Of a DNA stretch of 64,000 bases, positions 9,401 to 19,629 are shown in pieces. The DNA is from Desulfobacterales bacterium. Lineage in GTDB: Bacteria; Desulfobacterota; Desulfobacteria; Desulfobacterales; UBA2174. Below the pieces are notes generated by a model. It had not been told where the DNA came from, did no database searches, and saw nothing but the letters and a program-made list of their open reading frames with translations. Position 1 is the stretch's first letter. Every line of letters begins with the position of its first letter. The stretch is taken from contig CAXXWC010000003.1 of NCBI GenBank assembly GCA_963668645.2, positions 320,001 through 384,000 of the forward strand, read 5' to 3'. The position numbers and the translations under genes are program-made.

Positions 9401-9861
9401 CCCCGGGCCTGGCCCCCGATCTGGCGGCGGCCTACGGGGCCGAGGTGGATCGGGACGGATTTTTCGCCGAGGCGGAAAGCAAGTGGCGTCCGGTGGACAG
9501 TCTGCGCGAAGGGGTTTTTGCCTGCGGTCTGACCTTGGGCCCGCGCAACGTGGAAGAAAGCATCGCCAGCGCCGGAGCCGCGGCCCAGCGGGCTCTGCGC
9601 ATCCTGGAGCGCGAATGTCTGCCGGCCGCCCGTCTGAGCGCCGTGGTGCGGCACAGCCTCTGCGCCCGCTGCGGCCGGTGCATTGAGGCCTGCCCCTACG
9701 GCGCGCGCAGCCTGGACGAGGAGTTGGACCGGGTTCTGGTCAATGCGGCCGCTTGCCAGGGCTGTGGGGCCTGCGAGGCGGTCTGCCCCAATGGCGCCGC
9801 GGTTCTCAACGGCCTGAACATGTCCCAAATCTTTGGCATGCTCGACCGGGCTCTTGCTTGA
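6436..9861 (+). CDS. hdrA: Tandem HdrA-like flavo-iron-sulfur protein with internal response-regulator receiver domain
   Basis: GAGISG, QFPTNHCGMC, two ferredoxin motifs, then REC domain (about 7003-7350), LEFER/CVGSRD/CSSICCMYAVK; second HdrA unit (CTCG, GGGIAG, CVGSRE, CSRVCC) and C-terminal ferredoxin; true start ATG 6436 after GGAGAGG. Confidence 0.92.
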   Translation: MKHKIGKALVVGAGISGIRSALDLAETGYGVTLIDQATHIGGILTQLDHQFPTNHCGMCRMLPLVERDAGSQFCLRKGLFHENIEILPATRITGIEGEAGRFKVSLRTQPTWIDPQRCVGCGACTPVCPVDVTDAFNAGLGRRKAIFLPVPHQVPNAYVIDMAACTRCGACEAVCPCGAIRLSEADRKDFHILVVDDEQILRESLKAWLEDAGFAVSSAASGPQAIERLAAGSVQLMLTDIKMPGMDGVTLLQKAKEIQPELAVIMMTAYATVDTAVAAMKIGALDYLVKPFDPESILPMVIDVQEAARAAADRQIEVGAIVLAGGTGFWDPRQGVNTFGYGEMPQVVTSLEFERILSGSGPTGGRLVRPHDGRPISKIAWLQCVGSRDVQCEADFCSSICCMYAVKEAVLAKEKVGPDLEATIFYMDMRCFGKTFQRYRDRAEAEFGVNFRRGRIHSITPAAESGDPSLRFVAEDGTVHQEIFDLVVLAVGQQPARGAAEIAQMTDLPLNPWGFMATVPLKAVCTERPGIVVAGSFGGLKDIGESVLFASAAATEAARVIHAAGGSLAGTGPQAPVYRDVSREPPRALVALCTCGERIFETVDRKGLARDLENDPAVEQVVFVERVCTAEGWQKLGEAVAGRQPNRVLVGACHPYVFVRRLRGLGAQTGLDPALMDVVDLLSLSLASSEAGEKGRDNDLRARLGMALARLQGTGAAPADGVAVCRRALVVGGGIAGMHAALAIAERGYPVDLVESGSRLGGNLEWIGRTLDGQDLVLLLEETRTRVERQPQITVHLESRAAGAFGQAGQFYTTIEKAQGDPETVQHGVAILATGGGEAITGEYGFGSHPHIVTQKGFQIGLAEGRFDPSGLKTVVMIQCVGSREEPRNFCSRVCCATAIKQALALKAANPDTRVVVLYRDMMTYGFAETYFTRARQEGILFVAYSPDDKPEVSCDDPQGPITVTVTDPILARPLSIAADLLVLANGLTPGLAPDLAAAYGAEVDRDGFFAEAESKWRPVDSLREGVFACGLTLGPRNVEESIASAGAAAQRALRILERECLPAARLSAVVRHSLCARCGRCIEACPYGARSLDEELDRVLVNAAACQGCGACEAVCPNGAAVLNGLNMSQIFGMLDRALA

Positions 9862-9913
9862 CGGATCTCAACTCTCAGTTTTGAGGTCTGAAATTCTCAA
9901 AAGGGAGTTCTTT

Positions 9914-10486
9914 ATGGCTACGGCCCCCGACACAACGATCCACCTGCCGGCCGCTGACCGGGCTCTGGACGAAGTGCGCCATATGGTCCAGGCCTGCATC
10001 CAGTGTGGCACCTGCACCGCCTCGTGCCCCAACGCGTTCGCCATGGACCTGCCCCCCCGCCAGGTATGGCGCCTGGCGGCGCTGGGACAGACGGACGCGA
10101 TCCTCGGATCAAAGACCTTCAGCCTCTGCTCGGCCTGCTACATGTGCACCCTGCGCTGCCCACGGGGCCTGTCCCTGACCGAGGCCATGGGCCGGCTCAA
10201 GCAGTTGGCCGCTCCGCGGCGGCTGGATCACCTGCGCAGTGCGGACCTCTTTTACGCCGATTTTCTCGAAAGCGTCAGGCGCCACGGCCGGGTGCGCGAG
10301 ATGGAGTTCATGACCCTCTATTTCGCCCATATGATGGATCCGCGGCTTCCGCTGCGCTTCGCCTCGCTCGGGCTGCGCCTGATGGGCAAGGGCAAGGTCT
10401 CGCTGCAGTTTCCGTCCCGGGGCAGCGGACGCCTGGCGAAGATTTTCGCAAAGGTACGGGAATTGGAAACGGAGGAGCGCCGATGA
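9914..10486 (+). CDS. hdrC: Heterodisulfide reductase subunit C-like
   Basis: CIQCGTCTASCP and CSACYMCTLRCPRG; ATG 9914 after AGGGAG. Confidence 0.9.
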   Translation: MATAPDTTIHLPAADRALDEVRHMVQACIQCGTCTASCPNAFAMDLPPRQVWRLAALGQTDAILGSKTFSLCSACYMCTLRCPRGLSLTEAMGRLKQLAAPRRLDHLRSADLFYADFLESVRRHGRVREMEFMTLYFAHMMDPRLPLRFASLGLRLMGKGKVSLQFPSRGSGRLAKIFAKVRELETEERR

Positions 10487-11367
10487 AATACCTCTACTAC
10501 CCCGGCTGCTCGCTGGAGGGCACGGCCCGCGAGTACGACCGCTCCACCCGCGCCCTGCTGGCCGCCTTAGGGGTGGAATTGACCGCGTTGGCCGATTGGA
10601 CCTGCTGCGGGGCCAGCGCCGCCGAAGCCGCCAGCCGGATGCTCTCGCTGGTGTTGCCGGCGCGCAACCTGGCGCTGGCCGAAGCCCAGGAGCCGGACCG
10701 GGATCTGCTCGTGCCGTGCAGCGCATGCTACCTCAACCTCAAACGGGTCGAGGAAAAGGTGCGCACCGCGCCCGATCTGCGCCAGCGGATCAACACCGTC
10801 CTGGCCGAAGACGGCCTGACCTGCAAGGGCCAGACCCGCACCCGCCATCTGCTCGACATTCTGTCCCGCGATGTGGGGGCTGCGGCCGTTGCGCGACGGG
10901 TGGTGAGGCCGCTGGCCGGGATGCGGGTGGCGCCCTACTACGGGTGTCAGTGCCTGCGGCCCTATCCGGTCTTCGACGATCCGGAGGCTCCCCGGTCGAT
11001 GGAGCCCCTCATCACGGCCGCCGGGGCCCAAGTCCACCCATGGACCATGGGGGGGGCGTGCTGCGGAGCTTCGCACATGAACACCAAGATGGACGTCGGA
11101 CTCGAGCTGGTTGCCGCCCTGCTCGCCGCGGCCCAGGGAGCCGACGCCATCGCCACGGTATGCCCCATGTGCCAGATGAACCTGGAAGCCTACCAGAAAA
11201 AGGCGCTTCCGCGCGCCGCCAACACCGCTCCGGTCACGGTGGTCTACCTGCCCCAGCTTCTCGGACTGGCCCTGGGACTGGATCAGCAGGCCCTGGGACT
11301 CGGATTGAACCTGGCATTGACCAAGTCTTTCCGCCAAAAGCTGCAAAACGCTCCGGCGGCGGCCTGA
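10483..11367 (+). CDS. hdrB: Heterodisulfide reductase subunit B-like (two CCG domains)
   Basis: YYPGCS, WTCCGA, PCSAC, YYGC, CCGA, VCPMCQMNL; ATGA overlap with hdrC stop. Confidence 0.92.
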   Translation: MKYLYYPGCSLEGTAREYDRSTRALLAALGVELTALADWTCCGASAAEAASRMLSLVLPARNLALAEAQEPDRDLLVPCSACYLNLKRVEEKVRTAPDLRQRINTVLAEDGLTCKGQTRTRHLLDILSRDVGAAAVARRVVRPLAGMRVAPYYGCQCLRPYPVFDDPEAPRSMEPLITAAGAQVHPWTMGGACCGASHMNTKMDVGLELVAALLAAAQGADAIATVCPMCQMNLEAYQKKALPRAANTAPVTVVYLPQLLGLALGLDQQALGLGLNLALTKSFRQKLQNAPAAA

Positions 11368-11413
11368 TACCGATTGTTACGGGCCGGCCTCCGGCACGGC
11401 AGAGGTGCAGCCC

Positions 11414-13025
11414 ATGAACCGCGCTCGGCCACAACCCGCCAAAACCCGGTCCCCTGCGGCGGCCGGCTCCCAGCCGATCAACAACGGTCAGGGCCTGGCG
11501 CTCAAACTGGCCATCGTTGGCGGCGGCAGGGCCTGCAAGTTCTTTCTCGATATGCTGGACAAAGAATCCTTATCCGGTCTGGACATTCGCATTTTAGGGG
11601 TCTGCGACATCGACCCGGAGGCGGAAGGTCTCTGTCTTGCCGCGGCCCGGGGCATCTTCACCACGGCCGACTTTCACGATCTTTTCTCCATTCCGGGACT
11701 CAATGCGATCATCGAACTGACCAACCGCCGCGATGTCCTGCTCGAACTGGTCAACCACCGCCCCAAGGGCCTGGGGATCATCGAACACAACATCGGCCGG
11801 CTGATCCGCCATTTTTTCCTCACCGAGGAGCGGCTCAAGTCCACCGAAGCCCAACTGGCCGGCGAACGGATGATCTCCGATTTTCTCATCCGCCAGGCCC
11901 GCCAGCGGATCATGGTGCTGCTGCCCGACTTGACCATCGACGATGTCAACAGCGCTTGGCTTTCGGCCCTCGACCGGCCACGCGAGCAGGTGGTGGGCCG
12001 TCCATGCCACCAGATCATCCACGGCCTGCAAGCGCCGTGCAGCCATGCCCTGTTCGGCTACGAGTGCCCCCTGCTCGAAACCCTGCGCACCGGCGAGTCG
12101 GCCCACGTGATCCACGAAGAGCCGGCCGTGACCGGAGCGCCGCTCTACAGCGAAGTGGTCACCTACCCGGTCAAGAATCCCGCCGGCGAGGTGGTGCGGG
12201 TTATCGAAATCTGGCGCGACATTACCCGGGCCATCAGCCAGCGCTGGGAGCACCGCGAGGCCCGCCTCAAGTCGGATCTCAACCGGCTGGTCCAGGAAGA
12301 CCGCATGATCAGCCTGGGCAAGCTGGTGGCCTCCTGCGTGCATGAAATCAACAACCCGATTCAGGGGTTGCTCACGTTCAGTCATCTGATCCAGGCGGCG
12401 GTGGCCGGGGACACCCTCGGACCGGCCGACATGGTGCAGATGCGTGAGTTTTCCGCCCTGATGAGCGAGGAGCTGGCCCGCTGCGGGCAGATCGTATCCG
12501 GCCTGCTCTCCTTTTCCCGCGAGGCGCCCACGGTCTACCGAGACACGGACTTGGGTGCCGTGCTGCAGGGCGTGATCGCCCTGACGCGCCACAAGATGAA
12601 GCTGCAAAACATCGATCTGACCGAAGACCTGGACCCCGGACGGCTCATTGTGCGCGGCGACAAAAACCTGCTCCAGCAGTGCTTTTTGAACCTGATCTTC
12701 AACGCCCTGGAAGCCATGCCCACCGGCGGACGGCTGGCGGTGAGCGCCCGCGCCGGCACCGAGGGCTGCAACGCCTGCATCCAAATCTCCGACAGCGGCG
12801 TGGGAATCCCCGAAGATGTGGTCGAGCACATCTTCGATCCCTTTTTCACCACCAAACCGGCCGGCCAGGGGACCGGGCTGGGCCTGTCCATCGTTTACGG
12901 CGTGGTCAAGGATCATGGAGGCCGGATACGGGTGACGAGCCGGCCGGAGGAGGGGACCCGCTTCGTGATATATTTTCCTTTGACCGCCCGGATCCCGGCC
13001 CAGGGCTCGGACCAGGAGGCGCGCC

Positions 13026-13036
<11 letters not shown>
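11414..13036 (+). CDS. Cytoplasmic sensor histidine kinase: N-terminal Rossmann-like domain, Cys-containing PAS, HisKA, HATPase
   Basis: KLAIVGGG...GVCDIDP...IIELT; PAS CHQIIHG..PC..ECP; H-box [36 protein letters not shown]; no TM segment; alternative start GTG 11405. Confidence 0.92.
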
Positions 13037-14444
<1,408 letters not shown>

Positions 14445-14948
14445 GTCGACTATGCTCGCCGCCAAGGTGATCGCGGCGCACATCGAAGGATTTTTGGAAT
14501 TGCCCTGCGCCATTTTGCCCGGGTTTCCGCCGCCGGAATTCGCCTTCGATCCCGGCCGGTTGCAGTACGATGCCGGCCGCATCATCGAAGGCTACGAGAC
14601 CCGCGAGCAGGGGGGCTGCAGCAAACTGGTCTGTGTGATGGCGGGGGACCTTTTCGTACCGATCTTCAGCCATGTTTTCGGTGAGGCCCGTCTCGGCGGG
14701 CGGGTGGCCCTGGTTTCCCTTTACCGCCTGGGCCGAACTGGCGACGGCCGGCCCCTGCGGTCCGAGCAGCTTCTGATGCGAGGTGCCAAGGTGGCCCTCC
14801 ATGAACTGGGCCACCTCTTTGCCCTGACCCATTGCAGCGATCCGGGTTGCCTGATGTATTTTACCGGCGACTGCAATGAGCTGGACCGTGTGCCGCTGCT
14901 CTTTTGCCGTTACTGCCGTCAGTTTCTGGCCGATGCTTGCAATCGGCA

Positions 14949-15890
14949 TCAATCCGGAAGGGTCGAGCGGGTGTGAAGAAAACGCTCGACCAAAGTCGCC
15001 CAGTCGATATGGGCAAAGCGGCCATGGACGTCGTTCACGATCCGGCCGCCGGTGGCCGCCAATCGATCGTAGGACGGGTCCACCAACCCGAGCAGGCGGT
15101 GCTGCTCTTCGTCCATCCAGCGCAGCGCCTCCCGGCCGAAGTAGAGATCCTTGAGGTTGCGTTTGGGTTCGTCGGGCTCCACGATGAAAAGCCATCCATG
15201 GTGATAAGGCGCTTCGCGCATCATCTCGGGATGTTCCCAGAGCCGGTGGTTGACCGCCAGTACCCGGCCAGTCACCGGCGCAAGAAAGGCGGCGCAGTCT
15301 TTTTGGCGGGTCAGGCTCCAGCCCACCTGCCCTTGGGCGATGCGCTCACCCAGGGGCGGCAGTTCGGCCGGCCGCAGATCACCGAAAACGCGGCCGACAA
15401 AATCGTCGCAGCCGACCCGCACCCGGCCCGAATGCTCGAAACGCGCCCAACTGTGGCCCAGGTGGTAGTAATACCCGTCGGCCATCTGGATCCCGGCCAC
15501 CGGCCGCAGGCAGGGCGCGTCCATCTCGAAGCATAGATCGAGATCGTCGAGCATCTGGTCAAAGGCGCAGTGGTAGCATTCGTAGTCGTGGGGGCAGGCC
15601 TTGGGTCCCTCGATACGCCCGGTGAGCATGTGGCGGCAGGGACGCTCGGCGCCGTCGTAGCGGCGCTTGAGGTGGGCGACCCAGTGGGGCGCGTCGCTGC
15701 GGCTGTCGCCCCGGGCGGCCAGGTCCATGGCCCGGCGCATGCCCCGGTCGAACGCGCAGGTGGCACAGTCGAAATCGTTGTCGCAAAGCCGGAAATTGAT
15801 AACCCCGGCCTTCATCCAGATGCATTCGTTTTCCAGGACCTTGAAGCCCACGATGCGCTCCTTTTCGGTTTTGGGTCTTGGCTTTGACAT
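14949..15890 (-). CDS. GcvH-like domain protein with two N-terminal Cys4 repeats
   Basis: Two C-x12/13-C-x5-C-x2-C-x-FD repeats; then YHLGHSWAR..VRVGCDDF..APVTGRVLAVN..PYHHGWL (H-protein fold); SD AGGAGG. Confidence 0.85.
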   Translation of the reverse strand: MSKPRPKTEKERIVGFKVLENECIWMKAGVINFRLCDNDFDCATCAFDRGMRRAMDLAARGDSRSDAPHWVAHLKRRYDGAERPCRHMLTGRIEGPKACPHDYECYHCAFDQMLDDLDLCFEMDAPCLRPVAGIQMADGYYYHLGHSWARFEHSGRVRVGCDDFVGRVFGDLRPAELPPLGERIAQGQVGWSLTRQKDCAAFLAPVTGRVLAVNHRLWEHPEMMREAPYHHGWLFIVEPDEPKRNLKDLYFGREALRWMDEEQHRLLGLVDPSYDRLAATGGRIVNDVHGRFAHIDWATLVERFLHTRSTLPD

Positions 15891-15930
15891 GGCGCACCTC
15901 CTTGGTGAGCGGGTTTGCCCTTACAGTTTA

Positions 15931-15945
15931 GCAAAACTGGTGCCA
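15931..15945 (-). promoter_or_regulatory. Sigma-54 promoter of the GcvH-like gene
   Basis: Minus strand TGGCAC-CAGTT-TTGC, perfect consensus, about 40 bp upstream of the ATG. Confidence 0.88.
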
Positions 15946-15974
15946 ATGGCCTGGATTAAAAGCAATATATTTAT

Positions 15975-15987
15975 AATCAAGACGTTA
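15975..15987. promoter_or_regulatory. IHF binding site
   Basis: AATCAA-GACG-TTA matches WATCAR-N4-TTR, in an AT-rich context next to the sigma-54 promoter. Confidence 0.65.
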
Positions 15988-16023
15988 CGTAATCTTAAAG
16001 ACCGATATGGCTTAAAAGGAATC

Positions 16024-16142
16024 TGTAGCCGAAAACGACAACCACCTTGACGAAAACGTCCGCGCAGGCAATAAAAATAAATGAATTAAAGTAGATAAAG
16101 AGAGTGTAGCCAAATGCGAGGGGCCTGTTGCTGAAATCAACA
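16024..16142. promoter_or_regulatory. Putative enhancer sites (TGT-N11-ACA)
   Basis: TGTAGCCGAAAACGACA (16024), TGTAGCCAAATGCGAGG (16105, partial), TGTTGCTGAAATCAACA (16126); the last two are 21 bp apart. Confidence 0.55.
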
Positions 16143-16184
16143 CCCCTGGATTGTGCCGATGCGCGGCCCGAAAGGCGGGAAACG

Positions 16185-18467
16185 ATGATCCGGATCCGTC
16201 ATAGCCTGATTTCGAAGCTGGTCTTTTCGGTGGGCACGGTGCTGCTGATCTCCATGGCCGTCTGGGCCTATTTCGATATCCAGTACGAACGGCGGCGGGT
16301 GATGCAAAATATCGTGTCCAGCACCGACCGGCTGACCAATACGGTGCGCCTGGGCACCCACTACGCCATGATGCTCAACAGCCGCGATGATATCAACCAG
16401 ATCATCAACAACATCGGCCGGCAAAAAGAGATCGAAAATATCCGTATCTACAACAAGGAAGGCCAGATCAAGTTCTCCAACCGCCCCGAGGAGGTGGACC
16501 GCACCACCAATATCGAGGCCGAGGCCTGCTACATCTGCCATCGCACCGATCCGCCCCGTGAAACCCTCGGACTCGACGAGCGGGTGCGCATCTTTCGCGC
16601 CCCGGACGGGCATCGCCTGCTGGGGGTCATCACGCCCATCGGCAACGAACCGGGCTGCGCCACCGGTGACTGCCACTTTCACCCGGAGGGCAAAAAGATC
16701 CTCGGCGCCTTGGATCTGGTGGTCTCTTTGGCCGATATCGACAAGGAGATCGCCCGCACCCAGCGCGGCAGCCTGGGGCTTTCGATGTTCGTCTTCCTGC
16801 TGACCTCGGCCGTGATCCTGGTTTTTCTGCTGCGCTTCGTGGTGCATCCCATCCGCAAGCTGATCGGCGGCACCCGGTCCATTGCCCAGGGCGATTACGC
16901 CGTTGCGCTGGATGTGGCCCAGGATGACGAGATGGGTCAACTGGCCCGGGCCATCACCCGGATGAGCCTCCAGATCGGCGAGAAACAGGCCGAAATCAAC
17001 AAACAGCGCGACGAGTATCAGAACCTTTTCGAACGGGTTCCCTGCCTGATCACCGTCCAGGACCGCAACTACCGGTTGCTGCGCTACAATCGGCTTTTTG
17101 ACCAGCGCTTCAACCCCAAGCCGGGGGACTTTTGCTACAAGGCCTACAAAGGACTGGATCGCAAATGCGATGTCTGTCCGGTGGAGCACACCTTCGCCGA
17201 TGGCCTGTCCCATTCGACCGAGGAAAGCGGGATCAACCGCGACGGGACCCTGAGCCATTGGATCGTACGCACGTCGCCGATATACGATGCCGAAGGGCGC
17301 ATCGTGGCCGCCATGGAGATCTCCCACGACATCACCGAACGAAAGCTGCTCGAGGTGGAACTGGAAAAGTCAGAAGACAAGTACCACGCCATCTTCGACA
17401 GCATCCCCAACCCGGTCTTCGTTCTCGATCCGCAGACCTACGAAATCCTGGATGTCAACCAGAGCGTCACCACCGTCTACGGGTGCCCCCCCGAAACGCT
17501 GGTCGGCGGCTCCTTTTTCGACCTCTTCCCCGAATCCGAGCAGGCCACCTACATGGATCGTCTGCGGGCCATGACCGCCATCAACCGGGTCCACCATCGC
17601 CACCAGAGCGGCCGCTGGATCATCGTCAATATCCGCATCTCGCCGGCGGCCTACACCCAACGCCAAGTCCTGCTGGTCACCGCCAGCGACATCACCAAAC
17701 GCCTTGAGGCCGAACAGCAGCTCATCCAGGCCGGCAAGATGGCCACCCTCGGGGAGATGGCCACCGGCGTGGCCCACGAATTGAACCAACCGCTTTCGGT
17801 GATCAAGACGGTCAGCTCATTTTTCCTCAAGAAGCTCGACAGCAGCGAGGAGATCAAACCGCGGGTCCTGGACGATATGCTGCGCAAAATCGACAAGAAC
17901 GTGGACCGGGCTGCCAAAATCATCAACCATATGCGCCAGTTCGCCCGCAAAAGCGATCTCGGGTTGGAATCGGTGGCCATCAGTCAGGTCATCGAAAACG
18001 CCTTTGAGATCTTCAGCCAGCAGCTCAAGGTCCGCGGCATCGAGGTCGAACGGGACCTGGCCGACGGTCTGCCGCGCATCAAGGCGGATCCAAGCCGCTT
18101 GGAGCAGGTCTTTATCAACCTGCTGCTCAACGCCCGCGACGCCATTGAAGAGCGCGCCGCCGGCCAGACAGACCCCCATATCGAACGGCGTATCCGGCTG
18201 ACCACCCGCCGGGCCGGGGACCGGGTGATATGCCAGGTCTGCGACACCGGCATCGGCATGCCCCCTGAGATTGCCGAAAAAGTGTTCGAACCATTTTTTA
18301 CCACCAAGGAGGTGGGCAAGGGGACCGGCTTGGGGCTATCGATCAGCTACGGCATCATTCAGGAGTGCGGCGGCACTATCCGGGCGCTCTCGCTTGCAGA
18401 AGGCGGCGCCTGCTTTGAGATGAATTTCCCGGTGGAGGAAAACCCACATGACCACGACCGCGATTGA
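16185..18467 (+). CDS. Membrane sensor histidine kinase with putative periplasmic heme-c domain, HAMP and two PAS domains
   Basis: Two TM segments flanking CYICH and CATGDCH; HAMP (DEMGQLARA); PAS; AHELNQP; HATPase boxes; ATG 16185. Confidence 0.92.
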   Translation: MIRIRHSLISKLVFSVGTVLLISMAVWAYFDIQYERRRVMQNIVSSTDRLTNTVRLGTHYAMMLNSRDDINQIINNIGRQKEIENIRIYNKEGQIKFSNRPEEVDRTTNIEAEACYICHRTDPPRETLGLDERVRIFRAPDGHRLLGVITPIGNEPGCATGDCHFHPEGKKILGALDLVVSLADIDKEIARTQRGSLGLSMFVFLLTSAVILVFLLRFVVHPIRKLIGGTRSIAQGDYAVALDVAQDDEMGQLARAITRMSLQIGEKQAEINKQRDEYQNLFERVPCLITVQDRNYRLLRYNRLFDQRFNPKPGDFCYKAYKGLDRKCDVCPVEHTFADGLSHSTEESGINRDGTLSHWIVRTSPIYDAEGRIVAAMEISHDITERKLLEVELEKSEDKYHAIFDSIPNPVFVLDPQTYEILDVNQSVTTVYGCPPETLVGGSFFDLFPESEQATYMDRLRAMTAINRVHHRHQSGRWIIVNIRISPAAYTQRQVLLVTASDITKRLEAEQQLIQAGKMATLGEMATGVAHELNQPLSVIKTVSSFFLKKLDSSEEIKPRVLDDMLRKIDKNVDRAAKIINHMRQFARKSDLGLESVAISQVIENAFEIFSQQLKVRGIEVERDLADGLPRIKADPSRLEQVFINLLLNARDAIEERAAGQTDPHIERRIRLTTRRAGDRVICQVCDTGIGMPPEIAEKVFEPFFTTKEVGKGTGLGLSISYGIIQECGGTIRALSLAEGGACFEMNFPVEENPHDHDRD

Positions 18468-19626
18468 CCGTACCATTCTGTTGGTGGACGACGAGCCGGA
18501 CATCCGCGACGTCCTGCAGCTTTCTCTGGAGGACATGGGCTACGCGGTGCACACCGCCGACAATGGCGAAAAGGCCCTGAGCCTCTTCCATGACCTGCGG
18601 CCGCCCATCGTGATGACCGACATCAAGATGCCGGTTCTCGACGGCATCGAACTGCTGCGGCGCATCAAACAGATCAATCCGGAAACAGAGGTCGTGATGA
18701 TCACCGGCCACGGGGATATGAAGCTGGCCATCGAAAGCCTTAAAAACGAGGCCACCGATTTTATCACCAAGCCGATCAACATCGACGCGCTGGAAATCTC
18801 TCTCAAACGCGTGGCCGAGCGCATTCTGGTGCGCCGGCTGCTGCGGCAATACACCGAAAATCTCGAACGGCTGGTACGTGAAAAAACCGAACTGCAGGAC
18901 CACCTCTCTTCTTTGGGCCTGATGATCGGATCTATCTCCCACGGGATCAAGGGGTTGCTGACCGGGCTGGACGGTGGGGTCTACCTGGTGGACGCCGGCT
19001 TTCGCCGTGACGACCTCAATCAGGTGCGTGAGGGATGGGGCGCGGTCAAATCGGTGGTCGAACGCATCCGGCGCATGATCAACGACATTCTTTTTTACGC
19101 CAAGCGGCGTGAACTCAAGTGGGAGCGCATCGACGCGCAGGCATTTGCCCAGGAGATCGCCGCGGTTTTCCAACCCAAGGCCCAGGCCCAGGGGATCGAA
19201 TTCGAACGGCGCTTCGATCCGGCCGCCGGCACGGTGCAGATCGATCCGGGCTACGTCCACTCGGCCCTGGCCTGTATTCTGGAAAACGCCATCGAGGCCT
19301 GCCTGCGCGACGACGGCAAGCCGGCCCATCGCATCGTGTTCGGCGTACAGGCTGATCAGAACGAGGTGCTTTTCTCGATCCAGGACAACGGCACGGGGAT
19401 GGATCCCGAAACCCGCGAGAAACTCTTCACTCTCTTTTTCTCATCCAAGGGCAAGGGTGGAACGGGCCTGGGACTCTTTGTGGCCGATAAGATAGTAAAC
19501 CAACACGGGGGGACCATCAACGTGGATTCGGTCCTGGACCGCGGCACGCGGTTTGTGGTGCGGATTCCCCAGGCGTCGGCGCAAAGCGCGGCGCAGGACC
19601 GGCCGCCACCGCCCGCCGAGAATTGA
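18448..19626 (+). CDS. Hybrid receiver-histidine kinase (REC-HisKA-HATPase)
   Basis: LLVDDE, MTDIKMP, ITKP; ISHGIKG; ENAIEA, DNGTGM, GTGLGL. Confidence 0.92.
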   Translation: MTTTAIDRTILLVDDEPDIRDVLQLSLEDMGYAVHTADNGEKALSLFHDLRPPIVMTDIKMPVLDGIELLRRIKQINPETEVVMITGHGDMKLAIESLKNEATDFITKPINIDALEISLKRVAERILVRRLLRQYTENLERLVREKTELQDHLSSLGLMIGSISHGIKGLLTGLDGGVYLVDAGFRRDDLNQVREGWGAVKSVVERIRRMINDILFYAKRRELKWERIDAQAFAQEIAAVFQPKAQAQGIEFERRFDPAAGTVQIDPGYVHSALACILENAIEACLRDDGKPAHRIVFGVQADQNEVLFSIQDNGTGMDPETREKLFTLFFSSKGKGGTGLGLFVADKIVNQHGGTINVDSVLDRGTRFVVRIPQASAQSAAQDRPPPPAEN

Positions 19627-19629
19627 CGT

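Noticed and set aside
10003..10482. N-terminal extension of the HdrB ORF suggesting a fusion
   Set aside because: Alternative frame of hdrC; the real start is the coupled ATG at 10483.
14949..15890. Calling this gene gcvH of a glycine cleavage system
   Set aside because: Over twice normal length, lacks the ESVK context, and no gcvT/gcvP nearby.
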